In this document: positions 12,201 through 24,200 of the stretch, piece by piece
How the letters are laid out: each line of letters opens with the position of its first letter
Position numbering within the stretch: position 1 is the stretch's first letter
Origin: Strigamia acuminata
Taxonomy: Eukaryota
Direction of reading: 5' to 3'
NCBI GenBank assembly: GCA_949358305.1
Contig: OX442314.1
Location: forward strand, 27,776,001 to 27,840,000
DNA: 64,000 nt
The notes under the pieces: model-generated
Told to the model about the DNA's origin: nothing
What the model saw: only the letters and a program-made list of their open reading frames with translations
Database searches by the model: none
Translations under genes and position numbers: made by a program

Positions 12201-15200
12201 CAACACTTCCCCCTCCGAGCTCAGACCGTGGGGCTGAGCGATCACTTCTTTTTTGGGGGACCCGACACTGAGTCCGTCACCTGGGCGTAACTCACTCCAG
12301 GGACAGGCGGTTGAGTGCCGGGTGGCGCGGATAGATCGCCTACTAGCGCCGAGGACCGATCGCGGGGGTCCTCATGCTCCGTAATGAAACATAGTGCATG
12401 GCCGTCAACTGGCTCATGCGGGGCACGCGTCCTCTCGTGCAACCAAACGCTCGGGATGTAGGCGGAGAAGCCGGTGTTCGTATGCCGGATGGCATTGGCT
12501 TCCGCTGGCGTCACTGGCGCACGGTGGGCTCTCAGCAACCTCTGGTGGAAGATGAGGTCTTTAGTCTTCCGTATCTGGTTGTGAAGCCAGATGAAGACCG
12601 ATTTGCCTTTGTCCCGCTGTGCGAGGATAAACCTCCTGGTCGCCGTTGTCATCGAAAGATGGGGAAACTCGTTGATGATTCGCCCATAATAGTCTGGTGG
12701 AGGCGGTGCCGGCTTCGGCTTCTGGGTGGCCGCGGGAATCACGGCTTGCGTCGTTGTCGCCGCTCGGGCCGGTGGGGTCCCGGGCGGTGTCGGCTTCGTT
12801 TGCTCGACGGACCTGACGGGTGGCGTTCGGCACAGTAAGCGCTTTGGTTTACCCGCCACTTCGAACAGGGCGGGTCCTTGCGGGGACATCTTCGCAGGCA
12901 TCGGTGGCGGAATCGGAACTCCGCTCGTCGGCGAGATCATCATTTCCACTTCCTCTGCCGGTTCTTCCGTCTGGACGGTCAAGGCGCGCAGTTGTTGGGT
13001 GGGCGCCGCTGTCCAGGTGGCGGAGGTGTAACGAAACGCCGTGCTTCGTAACTTGTACCCTTCAAATTCTGGGTTTACCACATCCCTGGTTAGCTCGTAG
13101 CGAGTCAACACAGGGTCGGGCAGAATGGAGCTCCACTCTGCGAGGAGTGCACGGGGAACCTGTACACCCTCTCTGTCCACGGCAGACCATGCGGCCATCG
13201 ACTGACGCCCTTCTCCGAAGAGTGCTGGGGTTAGCAGCTGCATCATGACCTTGGTCAATGATAACTGTAGGCTGCGACGATTCACTGGATTCGATCGCTC
13301 TGAATCCTCAGTGAAGGCACGCGAGAGCTTACTCATCATCGTGATTGCCCATTCGATAAAATATCGCTGTGTTTGATCCACACCTCGCAAGGCAGGTGCG
13401 GAGACTCTTGGGTCTTCCATCACGAAACGAAACGCTGAGAGCTCGGAGATAGTCGGGTTGGCGGCTTCTCTCGCGAGTCGCGCTTCTTCGTCTCGCCTCT
13501 CGAAGAACAGGGCAGAGGAACCGGGTCGGGGTCGGCTCGGCCTGTAAATGTCGGTCAAATTGTTTCGACATTCCTGCAAAATGCTCTGTCCGACGGGGAG
13601 AAGGACTGAGCGGTCGGTGGGTAAATCCGGCGGATCGCTCGAATTCAGCAACGACGGCGGCGGCAGGTTCGGAGGCGGCTGCGTCTTGGTCGGCAGCGTT
13701 GGCGTCGGCAGCGGTGGTGGTGGCTGCGTCGGCGGTGGTGGCGTCTCCGTCGTCTGCACCCCAGTCATTGCGACTTGGGGCGCCGGGAGATGTTGTTCGG
13801 AGCTTGAGGGCTGTACGATGGCGGTTGGCATGCCATCGGGTCGCGGTCGCGAATTTATGTAGTCTGCGAGCCACCTTGCCACCTCGTGTGGGGTCACCAT
13901 CCCGTCGGTGACAACACCCATCTTCCTGGCGTGTTTCATAGTTGGATCGAAACGTGTCAGTTTTGTCCGCTTCATCTGGGTCAGAATCTCGCGAAGGTCC
14001 CGCGTATCTGCCGCTGGGACGCTTCGCTCACCTGACTGGCTACCACTTCGTCGACCCGCTCTTTTGGAGATGTAGGCGGGTTCGGGGATGGGACGGCCCC
14101 GAGCTTCGCACCTCGCGAAGTATCGCTCCTTGCGATCTCTTCTCCGCTGCTCGCGATGAGTCAGCGGACGTCTAGAAGTGCTGGGACGGGAGACTCGCTC
14201 TTCGTCGCCAGACATCCAAACCTCCTTGCACTCCTTACCGTCTTTAATCTGACGGTTTACGAAAATTCGCGGTCGGGAATACTGCGAAGGGTCACGCACC
14301 GTACTAGTGGATGGCCCAGCTTCGTTGCCTTCAGTCGTGTTTTGAATGACACGCTGCTTCTTGGTTGTCACCGGGGAACGCGACTGGCTGTTCCCGGCGC
14401 CTTTGGAGCGCTTGCGCTTCCGCGGGTAGCTGCTTTTGGGCCCCAAAATCCCCAGGTGGTGGAGCTGCCACATCTCGGCTTGGGACGTTAAAACTCCCAT
14501 CCGAGGTCTCCACTGGGGCGTACTCTCCCCCAATCGCAGCCTCTCAAACCACAGATGAATATCATCCGCGGTCATCCCCTCGTTTTGGAGGATGCGCTCG
14601 GCCACTGCCGTAGCGGTATCCACCAGCTGTTGCCTATACTGCTGATAGATGGCCTCACGGGCCTCTTCTGTCTCGGCTGCTTGCCACGCATACAGCACGT
14701 GTTCCTCCGCCGGATTGCCAGTGTACTGACTTGACAATCCGGGGTGGAAAATTGGCGATTTCGGGTCATCGTCACGAGCTAACTCTGTGGCGATGCCTTC
14801 GCGCATCCCCTCCGGGAACGTGTCCAGGAGCGTGCAGTCTCGTACCCAACGTCGGGCGATGCATCGGGAATGTAGTATTCGCAGGCGCCAAGGGTCGGCG
14901 TCCTCGCCGAAACATCGTCGGTAAAATTCGGGCAGCGCGCCTCGAAATATCCCGCCACGAGCGATGCAAGCGGGGTCTAATGGTCCCCATGTTCTACGTA
15001 ATGCCATCTGGAAGGATGGAGAAATAAACAATTAATAAAAAGTTAATATTAAATACGTAGATAAATGGTTGGTTTCGAGGGACGTTGCCGATACGTGCAG
15101 CCGTCCGTCGAGACCGATTCCTGTCTATCGGTGCAAACGTAGGACGAATTGTCCCTCGTCGGATAGAAAAAGAGAAGTCATCACGTAAAAAATCTGTCTC

Positions 15201-18200
15201 ATGTCCAAAACGCACAGCGAGACGGAATCGAGCCTTTAATCCGGATTTTTATCATCAGATTTTACTTCACATTAATTCTAACGTTAATTAGAACATTACT
15301 AATAATTAAATTAATAATTATCAGTCATTCGTAAAAAGAATTCGTCGGGTGTAAATTATTACTAAAAATGCACAATGAAAGTGCTTGTCGAAATTGTATT
15401 AAATAAATAAATCCAATAAAGAATTATTCCGAAGTCGGACTTTGTCTAATTTTTTTTTTACAAAAGTTAAAGTCAAATTAAATTTATCCAACACACCAAA
15501 AAATTCATCGTACGAATGTTAAGTTGCATCAATTCGATGCGTCAAATTACTTGTGGAGAAAATATTCTTTTTACAGAATATTCTCCCCTTGTCATAAAAT
15601 TATTTATGGCTCGAGCCCATTGTCTCGCTCGTGACTCATGTCATGAGGAATTTTCGAGACGCGAGGCGACGTGAAGTCTGCGATCGCATCCCGAAAACAA
15701 ATTAACAAGGAAAAAATACGATCGTGTGAGCGATCGCGGTTAATAATCAGTTATACGCTATTGCGAGTGCAAAGCACTCATGTCAGGTATTAGTCAAACA
15801 AAATTTCTTCTTCAGCAGCACGGAAATAATTCTCGTGCGCCAATGCCGACTTCTACCTGATCGGGTGGAACTTGGTTTACATCGTGGTCCCAATTTGCCT
15901 CATCCTCGTGCTCGATGGCAAGCACGTCGTTCTCTTCCTCGTCCATGGCGAGGAGCGCGCACAAAAAGCTCAATCACGATTAAAAAGGATGATAAAACTA
16001 TCTCAAAAACTCGGTAAAAAACTCGGTAAAAATGTTAAAAACGAGGATCACGCACGGACGCAGCGATCAGCTGTGAAAAGCGGAAGTCCGTGTGAACACG
16101 AGGTAATCGCGATGGATTCTGGGTAATATACTCCAGAACCCGGGTGTTTGAGACTAGTGCGCACTTACCCGTGCGCATGTTACGCTACGGGTCTCCTTGG
16201 TTTTCACTCCCGTGCGCGATTGCTGCTACGGTGTCTTTTGCACGCGGTTTCCGACCCGTGGCGACGATTTTCCTACGGGTCCCGCATTTCACGCCATCTC
16301 GTGACGTGAATTCGACCGATATCCGCTTTGTTGGACTTAGCGAAATTTTTGTAGAGTCTCGGATTTTGATGGCTAGCGCTGTCGATCGATCAATTTTTTT
16401 TTTTTTTTTTTTTTTTGTTTTTCAGCGTCGCCATCGACTCGTAACGTTTTTTACTCCTTTCCTACGACCTTTCCGTCTTTTATAAATGGATTACTTCTAC
16501 GGGGCCGCAGGTGATGAGTCGAGACAGGTACGACGTTTTTTGTTTTTAGTGTCTGTACCTCCTCATTATTGTTTTCTTTTTTATCCGTGTTTTTTGTGTT
16601 TGTTTCAGGAGTTTCTCCTGTTTCCCCCCCGACCAAAATTTGATCCGGAACGGATTCAACGATCTCGTTGACCGGAGGTGAAGGGGCGTCGAAATACTCC
16701 TCGTTGTCACTTGGCGGTGCTTTTTCCGACTCGCCAGCGAACATATCGACGATTTGGCCGTCAGTTTTTGACTTGACTTGGCCCTTGGCCCACATTTCTT
16801 GCGGGAATTCCGGAATGTACGGAGTTAACTCTCGTACTTGTATCGATTTATGCTCGGTATTGTCCTCGAGCTTACGTAATTTATACGCGTTACCGCTGTG
16901 ACGGTGACGACCACAACTCCCATTTAACAATGGTACCGGGAAGAGATCGCAATAAATAAACAGTGAATACAATACGAGATAAATACAAGACAGTTTATTG
17001 TTGGCAAACAATATGGATGAGCTAAATTATACATAGGACTAATGCCGACATTTGGCAAGTTAAATCAGCTATTAAACTATACAAAGAATTGGCCAACTGG
17101 CCCTAGAATAATATCACTACGGGTCTGGAATATGGGAGCGGTTTCCCCATCGCTCGACCTGATTATAGATGTCATCTTAAGCCGGATGGCTGTGTCCTGG
17201 AGTCCGATACGGCTTCGCTGGTTTCCTTGGTTCGCTGTGTAAACTATCGCACGTCGATAAATCGAATGATCTGAGCATTGCGGTTGACTTTGTCTGCACC
17301 GCCACAACTTTGGGAGGATATTGGTGTAAGTAAATGTATTCATTTACTTATCAATATTCCACTTATGAATTATATTTAATTCATATCGTTGTGAATTCTT
17401 ATTTAGATATTTCGGGAATAAGTTGTCGTCAACTTATCGGTTATATTGAGTTCAATATGAGATTAAGTCTTCTGACTTGATTTTGGTCCAACTGGTTGTC
17501 GAGTTTAAGTTTTGCTGTTATAAATAAAATGAAGATTAAGCTTCCCGTCGCAACACACAATTGCCATCGATTAGAATATACGCCTTGCCATGCAGAACGG
17601 TATCAAGCGTCCCCGGCGTCGCAGCACGGTCGTCCATCGAGTGGTTGACGGTACCACGTACACAGGGGTCGATAGCTCGCGGCTCCGCACAGCAGTTTTA
17701 TCTCTCGCGGTACTAATAATAGACCGACTGCTTTGGCATCGAATACCATGAGAATCAGCTTGCCAAACACTTGGTGCTACTCGTGGTTACTGTAAAACAG
17801 ACTGCTTTGGCACCATCAGGTGAAGGAACCGATTCTCAACAATACCGATGCTACTCGTGGTAACGGAATACGTTCATACCGAAAAAGACAACTTGGTCCT
17901 GTCCGGAGGATACTGAATTGCACAACGGCGGGTTCTCCTTCGGCGTCGCAACCGTAGACTGTAACATTTATGCAACATAATAATCCCAGCACTTCGACTT
18001 CAATTGCCGGCGGTGGCATGATTCTGTAGAATCATGCAACGGTTCTTTGCGAATAAATCAACAAAGAACCAAAAGGTTTTTTTACGTGAACAACGAATCA
18101 TATTTCTTAAGTAACAATACCAAACAGAAAATAATCAAACAGAGCTGCGGAATGGCCGATTGTTTGGGTTTATATAACCTGACTGGATTTAAGGATTAAT

Positions 18201-21200
18201 CCAGTCATCCAATTGGAACATGGGTTCCACGAATCCCTCCAATCCCGTATCACCGGAAGTGGATACGGAGGAGCATTTATGCAAATTATGCTAATCCTTG
18301 TTACAACCGGAACTGGATACCCAGGACCGGAAATGGGTTCCACCAATCAGATTGATCGGTTGACCGATTGATCGCTAAACATTCTGTCCCGCAGAAATGG
18401 AAGTTACATTGTATTTAACAATGTCAGATACTTAATATATATTTATATTAATATTTAACACAATTTATTCACTTGATTAAATATACGTTTATATTTAATC
18501 ATGAGGTTTTCAAGTTCGTATTCGAATTTATCGCTAATTGCGATCGCGCCATCTAGTGGCAATATGGAGCATTGACAAATGCGGGTTTTAGCAGACGAAT
18601 CTTCGTAATTATGCCGTGATACTTTAGTATCATGTGGAAATTAGTGTTTATTCTTAATAAACGAACATCTTTGTATTTGAAACATCATAAATGACTTTAT
18701 TCTAGACATTTATCAGTTTTACACAGAATATTGTAAAAATACCATCATATTGGCGCAACAGCGCTTTCTTGATAGAAAATAGGCATTTATAGCCATTGTA
18801 AACCGTCATACATCCCCCTTAATAACACAACTATATAATATTTTATAGAGTTTTCGTTATTCTCCTAATTAGCATAAATGCTATTTTCGGACTTGATGTA
18901 TCTTGGAGATACCGTGACTTCCAATTTCGAATTTGAGTTTACATAAACTAACTTGAATTATCTAAGTTCTGATTTTCTGCCGAAATAATCTTTTCTAATA
19001 GCCTAAATTCAAGTCCAGAATTTATTTCCAAGTCTTCTTTTTGAAGAAACTTTCGTCATACATAAAATCATCATTTGTGTTATCACAAAATATTTATTTC
19101 ATATGCCTAGTCAGATGTATCGCTATAAATATACAATAAATAGCTTTTAGATGATAAGAGTTGACAATTTAAGAATCAAAATGTCCCCCTTAATTGTCAT
19201 GACCGGAGTCACTTGGTATTCTTTGTACAATTGACTAATTTTAATTTAAACTAGTTGTCTTTTAATACTGTAATATTACTTTTCGAGAATTGTTAATTTT
19301 AACTTTATATTTTGTCCCCCTTTTCTTTAGAAGAGAGGTCATGATTTTTAGAAGAGGATTTTCTGTTTACACTATAATCGGGGAATCTTTGTGTATCATA
19401 TCATGTTAATCAACATGATTCTTTGCTAAATATTGAGCTCGCATATTTGCGAATTTCCGAGATCTCTCAGCCTGCTGTACTGATTTCTTTCGACGTTTTT
19501 CCTTTGGGCAGTTACATACAGTGTACTGACTTGGCAGTGTAAATGACCGTGACGACCCAACTTTTTGTTTTAGGTCATCTCTGGAAAACCATACATGAAT
19601 GGGACCCTCATTGGAAAACCATACGTGGAAAGGACCCATATTTGGAATTGTGAAATCCCGCAACAAACGAGGGGATCTATATTTGACTCTAAGTCGTGGA
19701 ACTGATGATTGGAAACCTGGGTTTTCAGTCAGTTTTTGAACATGTTGGTTTGTACTTGAAGTTTCTTCATCACCAGCTGGACTTGGTGACCGAAAACGCT
19801 TTTTTGAAGTTCTTAATTCCTCTCGTTGAGATGAATTATTCTGGATATTGCAGGGTTGCTTTCCAGACGCAAATTGTTGTATCTCCGTCAGATTGACGAC
19901 TGGGACGGGTTTTAGTCGTTGGTTACGGTATTGATTTCGAAATACGAATTGTTGCGCTTCGTTTATATTTTTAAATTCAGCTGAATTTAACTGGTATTGT
20001 TTACAATACTGTTCGAATTGATACCGGATCTCCCGTGGGTTAGTCAAAAAACTTTCTTTTTTAGGTTTAAAATCATTCTCATTATCGTGTTGGTAATACT
20101 TTTTCAAGGGAAAAGTTTGCTTGACTTTTTTTCGATTTGAAATGGGCGTTAGGTAGAATTGTCTTGGCTGGGGACTCTTCTTGGTAGACAAATCATACGT
20201 CCGCAAACATGAGTTTGTGATCGGCGATCGGGCACGTTGTTGTACGTTATTTGACTGCAAATGTTTGTTTGGAGTCCGAATATCTTTCCTTTGCGTTGAT
20301 ATTGGTGGCCCAAAACTTTTGTTTACGGTTCCCAATTCTTTTGATAGCGGTAGGTTAATCGACAGATTAAGGCTAGCCACATATCGTTGTGCTTCAGCTG
20401 GATTAGCATATCGAACTGAAATTAGCTGATCTCGATTGTAAACGAGTTTTAATTTGTTCTGAACAACCGACTGGTTAGTTAACGAACTCTCTGGATGAGA
20501 ATTATTAGGTTTATAATTCTCTTCCCCCTTATCTACCGAATTAGGTGGTTTAAACTTTTCTAACTTAGATCCCCTACTGGATGTTTGAAACATAGTATGA
20601 GAATCTTGATTCACTAAGTTTCGGCTGTATGTTTGTGGATTCCGTACTGGATCTTGATGTGAAGATTGAGATTGGGTACGATCTCGCCAGTTCCTAGCTT
20701 TTACATAGTCTGAAGCTTCGATTATATTTTTAAACTTGGTTTTATCCAGTCCATGACGATTACAATACAGAGTAAAATGATCGGGAATCTTTTCTGTTTG
20801 ATCGCCAAGTGGTACAGAACTTAAATTTAAGTTTGTCTGCTTATTATTTCCTTTTGGATCGATCATATTCAATGGTTTTTGAGCCATAAAAAAATTCAAA
20901 ATCTGACGATTTTAATTCTTTAATTTATAAAGAAGACGAATATAATACACTTTTCAACAAGAAACACTTCTAAACTTTACTTTTGACAAAATAAAATTAA
21001 ACTTCGCGTTTGTTTGACACGTGTTAGCTTTTGCAGGTTACACGGCACACAAAATTCGAATCGTGACTGAAATCGGGACGGCGTGGTCAAGATGACTCTG
21101 GAACACGTCTTCTGGTCTGGTCTGGATGCGAATGATCAGTATCTGATCTGGTCCTCCTTTAATAGCAGGGGGCTGGGGATCCCTAGATCTCCCAACTTCT

Positions 21201-24200
21201 GATTGGCGGATGTTAGTGTCGGCCAATGGTATAAAGGACGTTACATCTATTTAGTAGTTCTCTACTAAGTCCGTTCCCTTCGAGATTCAATTTTACCGAT
21301 AAAATAAAATTCCTTCGGGAAGACATTCGTAAAATATTGTATTTTTCAAATGAAAATAAAATAAACTTACTTCAATCTTCTTGAACTTTGGGATTTTTAC
21401 CAATCCAAATAATTAAATAACTTTTCTTCAAAAAATATTTTTCTTTGATTATTCCGTTTAGTGTGTAATATCATTACAACCACAGTTTTAATAAAGTTTT
21501 CTCAAACTCTCAATTTTTCTTATTCTTATTCAATTATCGTTCAAATAATCATTCCTTTGTAATTGAAATCTATTTTCGATTCCCAACATTGTGTATTCAT
21601 TTCCAATAGGAAGAATAATTTGACCAAGTCTTTACTTTTTCGGGTTTAAATTCCATTTTTCGAGTGTGAAAAAATAAATTTTCACCATCCATCTCCCCCT
21701 TTTTAACAAATTTTTTTAACAAATAAAAATTCGTTAAAATTCTTTAAATTTGTTTTGCGAGAAAAATTATCTAATTCTCTAATCTTCCAAAAGAAAATAT
21801 TCGAAATTTTACTTTAAACGATAAAGTTATTGGTACAAATGTGTACTTGTTTTTCGGGAGAAAACTATTCGACAATCCTTTAGACTTTTGGGTAAAAATT
21901 ATTCATCAAATCTTTCTTTTTTGATGACAATTGCTTTGATTTTTCGAAAGAAAATATCTAGCTAAATTCCACTTTTCCTGAGCGGACAATTGTTTTCACA
22001 ATTAGTTATTCCTTTGCGATATTTACGAAGGACGTGTCTTTGATTATTCGTTTTAATAATTTTCGTCCCCCTTATCTCTAATAACGAGATGTTTTTGCAG
22101 AGATCTTTTATCTTTTGAATGAAAGAATATTTAAATCTCAATTGTCGTAAATACCTTCATCTGCTGCAGCATTTCCTCAATTTGAACTTTTCAAATGAAA
22201 AGACAAATCTGGAGAACTTTCACTGTCAAACTTCTATTCCTATCGCGCCAAAATTCGTAATTCACTGGTTTGGAATTCCGTATAACACGTGACACAATAA
22301 CAGTATCGATGTCACAATTAAGCAGTTTACTACTCGGTCCGCGCGAGGACATGTAAATTACTTTTTTCCGATAAAAATAATTTTTCTTTGAAAAATATTT
22401 GAAATTGATTTTTCACAACTACTTTTGAATGAAATAAAATGAAGTTATTCCAACTTTTCGTTAATTGCTCACACATAACATTCCCTTTACTGTGGGATTT
22501 GCATCGAAATTCCATTTTTAAAGAACCTTTCTTTTACTTATCGCAAATAAAACATATTCAATCGTTTTTCTGATTAAACTTTAACACGTAAATTACGAAC
22601 GAAATATATGATGACATTCCATTAACCTTTAGGAAAATTGACTAAATTCTTAATTTTTAGAGAAAAATAATGTATCTAGAATCTTTCCTTTTCCGAATAA
22701 AATCTATGTTCAAAATAGAAGATAAATCTTGTGCAATTCTTAGTTTTTTCGAATGGAAAAATACAACTTTTCATCAGCGGTGATTTATTTGATTTTTCCG
22801 AAAGAAAAATAATTACTTTGAAACTTATTTTCTTCGTTTAAATCAGCTATCTGATTTTAAAGCTTCAATCCAATCAAAAAATATTCGCTCCGTAAATATT
22901 TCATGTGGCAAAGTTCATAGCCACAAATGGATTTGTTATTCCGGTTTTAAGAAATCATGTGGGAAAATGTCCGATTAGATTACTAAAAATATTCGTTGTT
23001 TTTCAAACAGCTAAATTTCATTTAGAAATTCTCAAAATTTGGGAGACCCAAATATCGTTGGAAACTTAAAACACTTGTTAAATTTCCGAAAGGAAAGATT
23101 GAATGAAATCCTTTTACTTTTCCGAGGGAAAGCGTTTATCGTGATTCGTAACTTTCAATGTAAAAAATACTATTCTATGTGGTCGGCAACTTCATTCGCC
23201 GCCATTTTATATTTTCTTAATTTCCATTGTCCCGAAGGAAAAAATGTACTTTTTGTGAAAATAGTTAATTCCTTCAAATAAAGGTAATATTCATTTCGAT
23301 TTGCAAATCTTTTCTGCGAAATGGAGTGTGTTGTTTTTCTCCAACAACTAAATTATCTTTGGTACCGATGGCAGTGGAAAAATTAGTTCGCGACACTTAA
23401 ATAAATCTCTACGAACCTTCTGTAACATTTCTCCGCTGTCTTTTATCTGTTGTCCGCCATAATTTCCAAGCATTCGTTCGCACCTTGCGTTGAAGGTTTG
23501 AGTAGCTTCCCTGCTGCGTTTGATACGGAGATCGACGCGTATTGCTATGGCGCGTGGTCGCTGGCTATCGGTGTCGACGTACAGTTACAAGAAACTTAAT
23601 TTCTTGTAAATATTTCCAAATAGTTGCGGTGTTTTCTTCGTTTTAACTTTTCAGGTGGAAAGATAAATTCGTAAGAAGTCCGCCTTCTAAACTTGTATGT
23701 TTTTAGCTTTTCGAAATAAAACAAACTTCGAAAAAAATATCTGTATTCTTATTTCACTCGAAACTTTTTTTTGATTTCTTATTTAAAATACTTCGTATTC
23801 CTTAAATTGTCGAACGAAAATAGTAAAGAGAGTTCACTAAACGTTTCCATTTCGTCAGTTTAACTTTTCACATGAAAATATAAACTGAAAATCTATTTGT
23901 CTGTTTTAACTAAAATTTTTTTGTTAATATCGGATTCAAGATTCGCTTTTGCAATTCGATCGAATTAATTTGCAACCTATTTCAGTGATCGTGTGATAGG
24001 TCTATAACTTCCGAAATTCCTAGTTAAAGGACAGTTTTGGTGTTTCTCAAGAAAATAAACATGGTTTGAAACTGGTCTGTTTTTTAACTAAATCTTTTAG
24101 TTAAATATTTATCTCAAAATTCACTTTTACAATTCTATCGAATTTAATTGCAACCTAATCTCGGTGGGACCTCCACGTGTGAGATTAGGTGGTAGTCTTT

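Noticed and set aside
12398..14990. Many short overlapping ORFs within ORF3, and similarly within gag and pol
   Set aside because: Shadow frames of GC-rich coding sequence.
12242..15031. ORF3 as an env gene
   Set aside because: No signal peptide, TM anchor or Cys-rich ectodomain is evident.
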